A stretch of 64,000 nucleotides of DNA, taken from the NCBI GenBank assembly GCA_964188305.1, contig OZ076885.1. One strand, 5' to 3'. A program made the translations under genes and the position numbers. Below are positions 25,901 through 38,769 of this stretch, piece after piece. Origin of the DNA: Podarcis bocagei. Taxonomy: Eukaryota. Numbering within the stretch: the stretch's first letter is position 1; every line of letters begins with the position of its first letter. Below the pieces are notes generated by a model. The model was not told the origin of the DNA. It ran no database searches and saw only the letters and a program-made list of their open reading frames with translations.

Positions 25901-28900
25901 TGCATGTGCATGTCCCAGCAATGCCACACTTCATGCTCCGACTTGTATATTATTGGCTCTGAGCTTGCTTGCTTTCTTGCACACTGTTACTCAAACTTAG
26001 GATCATTAACAAGTAACTTGTTACTGCAACCCAGAGATGGGGGAGCTGTGACCCTCTAGATGTTGTTCAACTTCCTAACCAGTTTGCAATATCTGGGAAA
26101 TCTGTGACTTTCCCTCCTTGTTGTAGAGGATGGCAGAGTTTGGGAAGGGCAAGCCGGGTTCTGGTGCATGCTGACATTATTTTAAGTGTAGTCCAATGTT
26201 CAGTTAAGCATGCTGAAATAAATAGGACATGAGCATGCTTTGCTGTGCAGGAGATTATGCCTGCAGCTGTGTATCGTGACCTTTGTACTGAAGTTTCTAA
26301 CTTGGCATCAGGCCCGGTCTTCTCTAGCATAGGATAGGCCGAGTTTTAAATAGTTTTGCATCCCTAACTTCTTTTTTTTAAACACATTTTTGAGTGCTGG
26401 AATCTCTAGGCAGGTGGGTGAATGGGGTGAGCAGTCAATGTTGAGTATTATCTTTTAATCTGTATTGACTTCTGTTTTCAGCTAAACACATTATGAAGAT
26501 TGATGGAAGGGCTGGACTCTTCAAAGGTTTGACTCCTCGACTCTGCTCAGGAGCTATCGGCACTATAGTGCACAGTAAGGTTTTACAGGTACTATATAAT
26601 TTTATTCTATAGCAACATTAGTATGCTAAACATTTCACAATCTGATAAAGTCAGCCATGCCCTGCTAAGCCCTGCCAATAAGGTGTTAGTTGCCTTTTTA
26701 AGGCAGTGAAAGTCGTTATTTGGAACACCTGTAGAACAGTGTGCAACTTCAGGTATTATTCCCGCCTTCCCTAGACTCAAGTTGCATTCTTTGGCTTGTC
26801 AGAGATTGGAAGGAATGCTTGCTATGGCAAATATGAGGAGCGTGTTTGTAGTTGTCTAGGATTAAGCCTTAGTAAACACAGTGGGCTGTTTCCACATGGA
26901 ATGTATCACTTGAATTAAGTTTTATCTGCTCCCCTCCTTCTCTTGTGTGCTCCCATTCATTAAATTGCATCCTCTTCAGCGTAAGCCCAAATTTCCAATT
27001 GTATTCAAATAATCAGGGTATGGTATGTACTCAGCATTCACACAGGGGTTGTAAACTAGCTTAAAGCTTTGGCAGACAAAATTTGTTCTTAGAGCACCAA
27101 AGCATAGCTTAGCATTTTATGGCCCAAGCCAACAACAGTCCCAAATAAAGGTATTTGCAAGTCAGACTTTTTGGTTGCTACCAATAATTATTGTGATTGA
27201 TGCTGAGAGTGAATGGCAAGATACTTGACAGTTTCATGGGGTGGTTTCCAGCAAAGTATTTTGCTAGTGCAGGGGCTTCTGGCTGTGCAGCAGAACTTCC
27301 CTTCCTTCTCCTCTCCCCATGCATCCTCTAAATGTATTCCGGGGGTTACCCCAATCCTCTGAAGCAGATTTGGGGAGGGTGCATGGGTGAGGAGAGTGAG
27401 ATGAAGTTCTGTTGCACTAACAGAACTACTATTTTGGATACGACACATGGTTTTGACCATACAATCAGGTCTCTAAGCATCAAAACTATTTATAGGATGC
27501 ACCAATTTAGTTTAGCCTTGTTTTCTGTGGACTGCCTGGATTGCTACTGTGGCCACTTGGTTGTGCCAACCTGTAAGTAGCAGTTTCAGTTTTTTAAGGC
27601 TGTTTCTCTGCTTTTAGTTACACAGAAGAACTAGATTGGCAGATGACTCAAATGCACATTGCTTTCAATAATTAATCTGTGAAGAATGCTATATAACTCA
27701 TAGATATATAAGTAGTGTTGTTACATCTGATACATCTTGGAGAAATCACTGAACATATTGTGGGATAATAGTTGCAGAGTAACATGCAGGTTTTTATAGG
27801 TATATGAAAATCCTTCAGAAGTACTGTATTTTTCCATCTATAAGATGCCCCCATGTATAAGAGGACACTTATTTTTTCAGCCCAAAATTAAGAAATAAAT
27901 ATTTTAAACACTGTGTGTATAAGACGACCCCCAATTTTAAACTTTAAAAATTTGGGGAAAAATATAGTCTTATACATGGAAAAATATAGTATGTATTACT
28001 TTTCCCCCAAAATTCAGCTGGCTTGCAATAAGAGTACGAGAAGTAATATGTACCTTCTTTTCATTGGGAATAATTCAAGTAACAATCTTGAGGACATTTT
28101 TGAGACAGACGGCATGGAGTATTGAAATATATTTTAAAAATTTAAAAATTGTGCAGTAGCACCTTAGAGACCAACTAAGTTTGTTCTTGGTATAAGCTTT
28201 CATGTGCATGCACACTTCTTGAGAAACACTGTATCTGAAGAAGTGTAAATGCACACAAGAGCTTATACCAAGAACAAACTTAGTTGGTCTCTAAGGTGCT
28301 GCTGGACATTTATTATTATTATTTTATATATTGCGACAGTGTCAGACCAACACGGCTACCTACCTGAATATAGAAGCATGGAATATTCTTATTCTTATTA
28401 ATTAAATTTATTAGACACCTTTTCTTGCAATCCAATCGTGGGAATGGGAAAGTAAATGCGAAGACAATTACGTATGCTTAAAATGCTGAGAATGAGGAGA
28501 TAAGCCATGGGCTCATTTTTCTCTGTTTTCCTACTTCTAGCACTGCCAGGAAGCTGATCAAGTTGAGGTAAGTAGGTTCTTAGCTTTTATTTGTTTGCAT
28601 GAGTTGCTTCTCCCTTTCCCACCCATGTGATTGCTCCTCTATTTCCCTTCCCTGAGCTCATGGGTATTGGGAGGTGGCTGCTGCCTGTATCAGATGGTAT
28701 GTAGAGTAATGCATTCTCTGGGAGTTCTGGGGTTCTCCAGAATATCTTCCATCCAGAATTAGACAGCACAACAAGATGCCTTCTACAGACAGCACTGGAA
28801 ATGCCGTCACCCCATGACTTCTGATGCTCACTTTTCTCTCCAGGACCCAGGGATCAGCCCCAAGGAATCCTCGTCCTCCTTGGAGCAAGTTGTTAAGGAG

Positions 28901-31900
28901 GTAAGAGATGGATTCATTTGTCATGGGCTAAGCTGGGATGTATAGGGACGCGGGTGGCGCTGTGGGTAAAACCTCAGTGCCTAGGGCTTGCCGATCGTAT
29001 GGTCGGCGGTTCGAATCCCTGCGGCAGGGTGAGCTCCCGTCGTTCGGTCCCAGCTCCTGCCCACCTAGCAGTTCGAAAGCACCCTAAGTGCAAGTAGATA
29101 AATAGGTACCGCTTTATAGCGGGAAGGTAAACGGTGTTTCCGTGTGCTGTGCTGGTGCTGGCTCGCCAGAGCAGCTTTGTCACGCTGGCCACGTGACCCG
29201 GAAGTGTCTCCGGACAGCGCTGGCCCCCGGCCTCTTAAGTGAGATGGGCGCACAACCCTAGAGTCTGTCAAGACTGGCCCGTACGGGCAGGGGTACCCTT
29301 ACCTTACCTTTAAGCTGGGATGTATTAGGATTTCACATGCACAGGTGCCAGGGTTGAATGGTGACAATCTGTTCCCTGACAGAACTGATCAGGCATTGTG
29401 TTTTGGATAAATTAACATGGGCAGCCTCCAGGAATAGGAGCCAAGCTTGGCTCCCCTTCAAAAGAGGCACTTCCACCTACCCACTGCTAAAAGATGCTGG
29501 GGGAGCAGGAGGGTGTGTGAGGTGAATGACTGGGTGGCAAAGACAAGTCAGGCAGTGGGGAACCATTTAGAGCAGCGGTTCTCAAGCTGTGGGTCCCCAG
29601 ATGTTGAACTACAACTCCCATCATCCCTGAGCTTTGGCCTTCCTAGCTAGGGGTGATGGGAGTTGTAGTTCAACAACATCTGGGGACCCACAGCTTGAGA
29701 AAGGCTGTTTTAGAACCTATGGGGCCCTTGGTTGGTGCCTGGCAATGGTGCAGAAGTGTCCCACATTGCAGCCTGCCAGTTTTGTTCCATATCAGTGAAC
29801 AGAGGCCAGGATAACTGACTTTAAGCATGCAATATTGGGTTGTAATTAACCCAGCATTAAGGAGGGTTCTGCTTGCCCAAAGGAGCAATTTATTCTCTCC
29901 TCCCACTGTGCACTGTCCTGGGGGTTCTCTCAATCCTCCAGAGCAGATTTTAGGAGGATGTGGCAAGAGGAGAGGGAGGGAAAGACCTGTTACGTGAGTG
30001 GGAATCCTTGCATTGGCTTCCATGGGGGGGAGGAGACTGGGGGAAAAGCACATTGTACAAGCAGAAGCCCTTGGGCAGGGCTTCTGCTGATGAGTTTGTT
30101 AGGTGAATCCCACCCAATATGACAAGATGTCTGCAAGCTGTTTAAAGGGGAGTGTACATCCAGGAACAGAAGTCCTAGAACTAGAGAGATGAGGCACCTA
30201 GAAAGAGCCCTTCCAGTGTGCTATAGTGGGCAATAGGATGCACTTGGAAAGTCTGTGCCTAGCGTGATAATAGAGCAAAGCACTGTCTCTAAATGAGTTG
30301 AAACCTGTGGCTCGGCTGAAACTAGCTTTGATTGGTAGAGGAATTATAAACTCAGTTTTAATCTCAAAGTGCAGCTTCTTAACACAAATGCTTCGAGTTG
30401 TAACTCACACTAAGTGACAGCCATTAGGTGCTTTAGTGGAACCTGGTCAGATGGGGAGCATTCTGTCACTTTAAATCTTGCCATTTCCTTGGCTGGCTTT
30501 CTGCTGATGTTTTTGCCATTCCTTTTGGTCATAGACTTCTCAAGAGATGATTGCACGTTCTGCTGCTACGCTAGTCACCCACCCTTTTCATGGTAAGTGG
30601 GGGCTGTAGCCCTTTGGTCACTGCCAGCACACATTTACCTCTCTGGCAACAAGAAAGAGGAAAGTCATTCACCAGCCTTTCCTTGTTACATTCAGGTCCC
30701 TTCATGGTCATTGTTTTTTGTGCTTCGGGTATCCATCTTGCACACTGCTGGCTTTGATCAATTATCTGATATGTAATTATTTCCTGATGACATTTATACT
30801 CCGTTTTTCCTAATCAGCTGAAGGTGCCTAACAAAATGAGTCAAAACACACTGGAAGCCAGTGCAGCTGTTTCAGTAAGGGGGTCACATGGTCCCTGTAC
30901 GCAGCCCCTGTTAACAGGCTGGCTGCACCATTCTGCCAATTGTAGCTTTCAAAAGCAGCCCAATGTAGAGAGCATTGCAGTAATCCAAATGTGATGTGTA
31001 TGAGGCAAGTGTTGTCGTGACCAAGAATGGGCATAGTTGGCACACTGGTGTCAGCTAGGCAAAGGCATTCTGGCCCCAGCTGTCACTTGGGCATCCAAGG
31101 TCATAGCTCCTTACCATGAGCCTGAATTTTCAAGGGGCATTCTATTCCATTTAACTGTGGTTGAACCCCTGTTCCCGAACCAGGGGCATATCTGTCCTGT
31201 CGTGAGTTAAGCTTCAATTAGGAGAGTGGCGAAGTAGTGTGTTCCTGTGTTGGCCTGAGTAGGGGAAGGAGAGTGGGGAGGATCCTTGCTGATGTCATTT
31301 CCCTTTTCCCTCCGTCCTTGTCCTTCAGTGATCACGTTGAGGTGTATGGTGCAGTTCATTGGCAGAGAGACCAAGTACAGGTATGTGCATATTTGTGACC
31401 AGGCGGCTTCCTTTGGACTTTAGCCCACAAGGCCAATGCCTTTTTTGTAGGAGAACTTAAAAAGAGGCCAGGGAGCAATTAGTGTGTGAGCACAGAGGTT
31501 TCCTGTCATCGTTGAAGTTGAAAATGGGGAGGGGGTCAGGGAGAGCCACTTGTTTCTTGATTTCTGAGAGTAAATTAATTTCTTTCTTAATTTTCAGTGG
31601 GGTGTTGAGCTCCTTTGTCACCATTTACCGGGAAGAGGGCATCTTGGGATTTTTTGCGTGAGTACTTGCTTGTGTGTGTGTGGGGGGGTGAACTTCCTTT
31701 TGTACCTGCCATGGTTGTTGGTTCATGGGGGACATGGTGAACAGGGAGGGACAGAGGGCGAGTCCAATTATGGCCAGAGCTCGTGGGAGGCAGAATGTTC
31801 AACTAGTTGAAACTTTGATCTAATTCAGCCCAGATTTTCTTAAGCAGATTGTGATCTTTCTTGGGAGAATGTGTAACATTGTGCTTTGCACTAAAGTTGA

Positions 31901-34900
31901 TCAGCCTCCCATCATGGAAATACAGCCAGATTTTCTGCCTCACACACTGGAGGGAAGCGTGCATATGTATGTAACATGTTATTTCCAGGCAGTATGTGGC
32001 CTTCTCACTTAACAGTTTTTTTCCTTTTCCAGGGGCCTTATTCCCCGCCTGCTTGGGGACATCCTGTCCTTGTGGCTCTGTAACATGCTGGCCTACCTCA
32101 TCAATACCTATGCACTGGAGAATGGGGTAAGTAGACTACAGGTAGTGTGATGTATGGGGTGTAGGCAATGGAGTGCTGAGCTCAGGTAGGCAGGTATGAA
32201 AGGTTTCCTCCCCTAGCCTTGGTCAGCTTAAAGGGTCCCTATTGTGGTCCTGTTGCATATCCTCCTGAGCAATACAGTGGAACCTCGGATTAGGTTACCC
32301 TCAGGTAATGTAAACTTCGGGTTGTGAAAATGGCAAACCTGGAAGTGTTTTGCCGCACGCACATGTGCAGAAGCGGTCTCTCCGGTTGCGAAAACTTTGG
32401 GATACGGCTGGACCTCCTGAACGGATCCCGTTCACAACCAGAGGTACCACTGTATATCCTTTTTGTCCCCAGCCTCTGAATGTGGTTGCCTGTTGCTACC
32501 TCCATTACATCTAGTACTTTCAGGCAGCTCCTTCAGATTTTGCTCCAGTGCAGGGATTATGATGGATTTGGGAATGATTACTCTTAATTGAGGAACAGGG
32601 GTCAGTTACTTTGTTTCTCTTCTTTCTAGGTCTCCACCATGACTGAGATGAAAAGCTATTCTCAGGCTGTCACTGGAGTGAGTGTATAGTTCATTTCTCT
32701 TTCCTGTGGGAAGAGGGGGCGGGTTGTGTCCTGAGGATGTGAGCGTAGGCATGAGCACTTCATCCTGAAGTTTGGGGGTGATGCTGGTGATGTCCTGTGC
32801 AAGAAGCCTTGCAAGCTGTACACCTCAGGATCTCTGTTCAATACCTGTGAGATCCGTCTGATCTCTGGTGCTGAGCTCCTAAGTAGGTGCTGTTGCTTGG
32901 CTCAAACTACTGTTCGGCTTAAGCTGAACAATTACCAGCCATTTCATTTTATCTGCTTCATGATTGCTGTGAACTCCTGTCCTGAAACAGAATTGCGACT
33001 GCAATAACGCTTCACTGCCCTGTGGAGCTCCTTCTCTCTAGCCTAAGGCATGCTCCCTGCAACTACAGCTCTAAGAAGGTTCTGCCATTAAGAGGCCATC
33101 AGCTGGGTGGGGCTTGTGAAGGAAAACTGAGGGACTCTTTTCATTGGTGTATTTTGCTGTATTGTATCTGCAGTTCTTTGCCAGTATGCTGACTTACCCC
33201 TTTGTACTCGTCTCAAACCTGATGGCCATTAATAGTTGTGGGTGAGTGCAGAGTCTGATTTCTCTAACTTGGCTTTTGATTGTGTGTTTTCAAATGTATA
33301 ATACAAGCAGTTCAGTCTCATTTAGTCTTGGTTTGTCAGGTCCCTTTCCTTCATGAAGCAATGAGAGTTTTAGCAATGTGCTGCATCTCGCATCTGTTCT
33401 CTTCATATTTTCAGCAGCTGCTTTTCAGTGTTTAGGTACCACAACCCACAGAGCTTGAAAATAAAGCATCTGACATGGAAAGTCTCCTAGAATAGCTCTT
33501 AAGGGTTTAATTTAAAAGTTCAGTGGTCAAAGAGCCATCTCCTTCACTGCGCCCTGCCTATGTTCAAAATAGTTGTGGCTGGAGATGCAGCTAAGGACTT
33601 CTAAAAATTTGAACCTGGCTTTCAATCTTGTGGTCATCTGCAAATCCAGTAAATATTTTTAAATTCATGTGGACACTACAGGTCTATTCAATAGATTTCC
33701 AATCTCAAGAGAAAATAAGGGATCTGTCCTGTTTCTCCCCGTGGTTGTCCAGCTTTTTTTATTCATTTTTATCTTACTACAGTACATGGTTTATGGGTGT
33801 TGATTTTATTAATGAGTCTGATCACACAGAGGTAGAAAATTGTGATTCTTTCATTGTTTGATGGGTTAGACCAAGCTTCCTCAACCTTGTCCCCCCCAGA
33901 TATTTTGAGACTACAATTCCCATCATTCCTGACCACTGGTCCCGCTAGCTAGGGATCATGGGAGTTGTAGGCCAAAAACATCTGGAGGGCCAAGGTTGAG
34001 GAAGCTTGGGTTAGACACTGGGATGTACCTTCTGGCCACAAGGAGACAGGATGTTGAGAACTGTGGAGTCTCTTGAGAAAATACTTAAATTATAGGTCTG
34101 GTTCATGCATGACATGAAACCATAGTTAATGTGAATGAGCATGTTATGGGCTTACTGCTTGGTTTGGAGAGAAGCAAACCACAACCCTTGTGTTTCAGAC
34201 GCTACAACAAGCCAGGATTTGTGGTTTGTTGCTCCCCATGCAGACAGAAGCTGAGGAGAAGTGAAGTAAGGACTTCTGAGCCCACTGCGCTTTCACAATA
34301 AACCATGGTTAAACTCGCATTAAACCATGGTTTTAAGCATTAACCATGGCTATGTGCAGGGACGCGGGTGGCGCTGTGGTCTAAACCACAGAGCCTAGGG
34401 CTTGCTGATCAGAAGGTTGGCAGTTCGAATCCCTGTGATGGGATGAGCTCCCATTGTTCGGTCCCAGCTCCTGCCCACCTAGCAGTTCAAAAGCATGTCA
34501 AGTGCAAGTAGATAAATAGGTACTGCTCCAGTGGGAAGGTAAAAGGTGTTTCTGTGTGCTGCTCTGGTTTGCCAGAAGCGGCTTAGTCACGCTGGCCACA
34601 TGACCCGGAAGTTGTACGCCGGCTGCAAGCCTGAACTGCTGGTGTACAAATGCATTTTTATCTAGAAGGAACAGACCTTTTACTTTGCTCATTGATTCAG
34701 ACCTGTCTCACTCTCTTTCTTTTTTTAATGTAAAAGCTCAGCCTGAATGTTCTTTGAAGTAATTGTTCTAGTCTAGAAGTTGCATCTGGGCTACTGTTTC
34801 CCAAGTGACTATGAAGCTAGAAATGCATGTTCTGCACATGGGATATTGTTGGTGAGCTGTTTTGGTAAATTACCCTGGTCTCTTGCTGTTTCTCAGGCTC

Positions 34901-35573
34901 GCTGGTGGCCTCCCTCCTTATGCCCCAGCCTACTCGTCCTGGTTACACTGCTGGAGCCAGCTACAGGGGGAGGTATGTCTGTTTTGTCTGCCCTTTCATT
35001 AGAGGACCATAGCATCTTGCCCTTGATGTGGGTGGGAGAGGAAATTGGCAATACAGAGTCCCCCTCTCCAATTCTTCCAGGGGTTTTGGCCGTTGGGTGT
35101 ACCAGCCTCCCAAGCAAGGATGCCAGACCAAGATCTCTCTGTGTGGCTTGGGGTGCCCTCACCTCTTCTGGGTGCATTCCAGCTGCCACACCAAGTGTTG
35201 ATTTTCCAGGGTGGGCAAGCTTCATCTCTTGGGGCTTAGTTTTATGGTTGGGAGAGCCTTGAAATAGGGAGCCGTCTCCAAGCTCTTTCTTTCTTCAGGA
35301 AAGAAGAGAGAAAGAGACTCTGCCCCCACTCCAATTAAAACAGATTGCCCCTGACAGAATTTGACCCTCAATGGGGGGGGGGAACCCCTCTGTATTTGTT
35401 GCTGGCAAGATGCTGGACCTCTGTCCCCAAAGTCTCAGTCTCTATTCACATTCCCTCTCATGCCTCCTTTTCCCTCGTGTTTTCAGGGTAACATGAGCAG
35501 AGGGAACAGCCTGTTTTTCCGGAAGGTGCCTGCAGGGAAGCGGTATGTGTGGGAAGAGAAGAGATTTCACTGA
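22446..35573 (+). CDS. MTCH2: Mitochondrial carrier homolog 2 (outer-membrane insertase), 301 aa, 13 coding exons
   Basis: Exons 22446-22532, 25458-25542, 26482-26588, 28541-28567, 28844-28900, 30535-30592, 31329-31380, 31598-31657, 32033-32126, 32630-32677, 33174-33241, 34897-34972, 35487-35573; all GT-AG, total 906 nt. Protein [47 protein letters not shown]...[15 protein letters not shown] matches vertebrate MTCH2. Confidence 0.97.
22966..22971 (-). terminator. Candidate polyA signal (AATAAA) of the nested PLA2 gene
   Basis: TTTATT on the + strand, about 100 nt downstream of the PLA2 stop codon. Confidence 0.55.
23070..23618 (-). CDS. Secreted phospholipase A2 (group I/II/V/X fold, group-X-like Cys pattern), single coding exon, 182 aa, nested antisense in MTCH2 intron 1
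   Basis: ATG at 23618 (the track start at 23630 is GTG). Hydrophobic signal peptide [14 protein letters not shown], propeptide ending REKR, Ca-loop [11 protein letters not shown], active site [11 protein letters not shown] (His48/Asp49/Tyr52), ACECDK (Asp99), 16 Cys in the mature chain. Confidence 0.93.
   Translation of the reverse strand: MRVVLWLALAILFSQECGHSKGSKREKRSVLDLILTLWCYRHRLQIPLLGLNLYGCYCGTGGSGSPVDAVDQCCFIHDCCYRHARVSLKCHRRVKWQRYKLSCNGSETECQSTNICGRMACECDKQLAECLTAAKPRRKHSFYNREVLCKGPRDPCPAVHRNWTEIRPWGSLSPRPVSRGGS
24301..24786. mobile_element. Non-autonomous hAT (Charlie-like) element, GC/CpG-rich
   Basis: TIRs CAGTGTTTCCCAACC / GGTTAGGAAACACTG with perfect 8-bp TSD GTCTAGTA (24293-24300, 24787-24794). 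Confidence 0.9.
27824..27989. mobile_element. Mariner-like MITE
   Basis: TA-flanked imperfect TIRs CTGTATTTTTCCATCTATAAGA / TCTTATACATGGAAAAATATAG; internal tataagac repeats. Confidence 0.7.
28149..28369. mobile_element. Penelope-like element remnant forming a long inverted repeat
   Basis: About 70-bp arms: cagtagcaccttagagaccaactaagtttgttcttggtataagct... and ...agcttataccaagaacaaacttagttggtctctaaggtgctgctg; followed by gaccaacacggctacc, which I recall as a squamate PLE terminus. Confidence 0.7.
28945..29310 (+). mobile_element. Full-length young Sauria-type SINE
   Basis: tRNA-like head with A box (tggcgctgtgg) and B box (ggttcgaatcc), (ACCTT)n tail, 15-bp TSD TAAGCTGGGATGTAT at 28929-28943 and 29311-29325. 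Confidence 0.92.
29573..29707. mobile_element. Palindromic hAT MITE
   Basis: Almost wholly self-complementary (ttctcaagctgtgggtccccagatgttg...caacatctggggacccacagcttgagaa); imperfect 8-bp TSD atttagag/ttttagaa. Confidence 0.8.
30850..31200 (-). mobile_element. Degraded L2 LINE fragment
   Basis: Minus-strand translation [29 protein letters not shown] is the hallmark L2 ORF2 motif. Confidence 0.75.
32275..32452. mobile_element. Tc1/mariner (Tigger-like) MITE
   Basis: TA-flanked TIRs CAGTGGAACCTC / GAGGTACCACTG, same TIR family as the 15106 and 15570 elements. Confidence 0.8.
33872..34008. mobile_element. Palindromic hAT MITE
   Basis: TIRs CAAGCTTCCTCAACCTTG / CAAGGTTGAGGAAGCTTG; perfect 8-bp TSD GGTTAGAC. 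Confidence 0.9.
34359..34625 (+). mobile_element. Sauria-type SINE, 3'-truncated
   Basis: Begins gggacgcgggtggcgctgtgg and is colinear with the 28945 copy up to tgacccggaag. Confidence 0.85.
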
Positions 35574-36771
35574 GCCCTGGGCCTCTTGTGACCGTTCCAG
35601 ATGCACAGAATGATGGCAGTGTGTTGATTTCTATACAGTTTTTAAAAAAAGAAAAATAATCAAATTAATCTTGGGCAATGGACCTGGCTGTGAGCATGAC
35701 TTAATGGCAAGTGTGATGGGGGGAGTTTCATTTCCGTCTCTCAGATCGGTGGAAGGCAGCAGGGGCAAGGATGACAGGAAAGCTACCCCTGTCAGAGGAA
35801 GAGGGGAAAAAAGACGGCTTACACTGTTGGGAATGTGGAGAGTTCTTTTCCTTTTCCTGAGAGCACTGATGTCTGTGTTGATGGGAATGCTATCTTTCTC
35901 CCCAGCTCCTACCTTCTGATGGTACCATCCCAGGACTACTGTGGGTTGCTGGGGGAAAGTGGACCAATATTTTTTTTCCTCCTGTCCCCAGACAGTACAG
36001 CTCTTAGCCTTCTCCCCTTCAAACATTTTGTTATATTCAGGCATGAAAAGATTGCCGGCAAATTGCTAGCCCTGCTTTGCTGTGCAGGGAGTTAAGCATT
36101 ATGGAAGCTGTGGTGGGCAAATCAAGCATGTATGCTGTCACCAAGCAGATCTGGAGTGTGCCTCTAAATTTCCTTGGCAACACTCTTGTGATAGCCACCA
36201 TGGAGAATGTTGCTTGAAATGGTTCCACACTGCCATTGCATGGGGGGGGTGTTTCAGGGCAGATGCTCACTATGTGGATTAGGCAGGCTTCCTCCCCTTA
36301 CCCAATCAAGCCACTGCAAGCAGTCAGATATGTGGTGGAAATGACCCAGTCTGGCCATTAAGAGGTGGTGTGCACAAGGCTCCCACACAGTGACGGCTGC
36401 CATATCGTGATACAAATTGGCCTCTCTCTGGTCACAGTAATTTGTGGATCGTGCCTCCACAGCCGAAATGTTGGGGCACTCTGGGGAACAAGTCCCTGCA
36501 TCTCATCTGCTACTGTTTCAGGAGTTCTGAACAAACTGGGGGGGGGGGGGGATAGAAAGCAACTGTCTTCTGAAAGTGTTTTTCCAAGAGGATTGAAATG
36601 TGTCAAATGCAGTCTATTGGCCATAAGAGGCTCTAGAAGAGGTGAGTTCTTATGTCTCTGTGCCTAGCAAAATTGCTCTTTGAAAGCATGACCGTGAAAC
36701 CACTGGCAGTGCGGAATGTGACGTGTTAACTCAGTATGCTATTAGGAAAGTCTCTATTAGCATTCTTTGTT

Positions 36772-36777
36772 AATAAA
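36772..36777 (+). terminator. Candidate MTCH2 polyA signal
   Basis: AATAAA about 1.2 kb after the MTCH2 stop codon; usage not verifiable. Confidence 0.4.
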
Positions 36778-38734
36778 GTTGTAGACAGTGTAACCAGAAG
36801 GCATAATTCCTGTAGGCTTTTGTTCTCGTACAAACCAGCCAGCTAAGGCAGAAGAGGGTGAGGTTAGCTCCCTGTCCTCATTCCTGTACGATCTGTGCTT
36901 CTCGCTCTTGGACCTTCCATGATTTCACAAAAAAAGCACAGTTGCTGCTACTCACGTCACATTACCATCTCCAAAAAGAAATGCTGGGTTTGTGAGGGAC
37001 GGAGGTGGCAGTTTGCCATATTTGTCTACTGCCTAAAGATGTAGCTTTTAGACAGGGGTGTTTTGTACACTCATTTGCAAACTATAAAAGGGGGTTTCCA
37101 GCCACATTTTTCTTCTTTCTTAGCTCTCATCTTACACTCACTCTAGATGACATTTAGGGGCTTGTTGGTTTGTGGATTGGAGCAAGGCCGCCATTTCTTG
37201 GAGGATGAATGGATCGAACTGCACTAGTATGTGACCAAATAGATAATAATGAATATGAATTAGGGTGATGAACATAGGTGAACATAATGTCATGAAATGC
37301 AAAAGCAGCTGCATATCCACTATGCTGGTGGGGCCAGTAGTACAGGTAAGATACTTACATTTCTAAGAGCCTAAATTGGCCTTCATCAATATGGTACCCA
37401 CCAGATATTTTGGACTACAACTCACATCATCACTGATTATTAGTCATGCTAGCTGGGGTGGATGGGAGTTGTGCCCTTCAGATGTTTTTGGATCTGGAGT
37501 AAGAAACATCTTGTCTAAATGGATAAAGAGGATAGGAGTGAAGATGATGCAGAGAATTGTCCACAAGTACTAAGAGTATGCACACACACCTGTGCAATTT
37601 TCCAGTAAACTATTAACATTGTACCAGACAATGTGTGTCTTCCCCCAAGCTTAGGTAGGACCTCTTCTTCTTGGCTCCTAGAACAGCTAAATGCATTATT
37701 ACAGGGTTGTTGGGTGGGTTTGTGGGGGTTTTTTAATGCCCCAGATAATACTTTGTACTTGCTCATATGTAGCTATTTTATTCCTTGGTATCAGTAAAGT
37801 TTGAGTTGTTATTTGAAGCTGTCATTCAGCAATGATGAACAGGTATGAGAAATGGGCTCCCAACAGTAGCCCTTGTGGTATACTGCTGGAAGTGCACTCT
37901 TGCGTTGAATACTAGAAGCTATGGGAAGAATTGAGCTTCACACTCTTCTGTCACTCTTTCTGCTTGCCAGACAGACCAATCTCTCCTCTCCTCCCACCAC
38001 ATGCTGTTCTTGGGGTTCTCTCAACACCTCCCACCCTATGAGCCAATTTCAGGGGGCACATGGCACGAGGAGAAAGCCCTATTGTGCTAGCAGACCTCCT
38101 GTGTGGGCTTCTTCTGATGGGGGACCAGTTCGTTGACTCTGGCCCTATGTATCTTCTGCTGGTACTCAGGCCAAACAGTGTGCATTTTACAAATGTGATA
38201 TAATTTAATTGGAATTTTCTGGTGTTAAAGTCAAATATTGTATAGCACATGCCTTAACAGTTATCTGCAGCGATTGCACATAGCTTCTCCCAATACTTCA
38301 TTTAAGGTTCTGTTTACAGACATTATCATTTCTATTACTTTACTGAGCCTCTACAAGAGGTCTACATAAATGTTTTGTCAGGGTATAAACAGGGAGCAGT
38401 ACTGCTAGGTCAGCCAACTGGAGGCTTCAAACCTGTCAAAAGTTCTCAGACTTCCTCTGGTGGCCCAGCAACCCTGGGATGCAACTCTTCCGGGAGCACA
38501 GATGGAATCGGTGAAAATCAAATCTATCCTTCATCTGCTGGCTATTTGTTTGAGGTCTGGATCTAATCGGTTTTAGCTGGAAAGGTATTGATTCAGCTTA
38601 GATGTTAACTGTGGGGCCAATGTGCTTGTGTCCAGATTATTAAATCTGAACCTAGTTCTTGAAACTTCATACAACTTAAAATGTATATATATAGGAATTT
38701 TCTCATTTAAACCATCTCTTTCTGCTACCACTGG

Positions 38735-38740
38735 TTTATT
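38735..38740 (-). terminator. Candidate GLYATL polyA signal
   Basis: AATAAA on the minus strand 30 nt after the stop codon. Confidence 0.5.
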
Positions 38741-38769
38741 TTTTAATGACAGAGCTTTTGAATAGCCTG

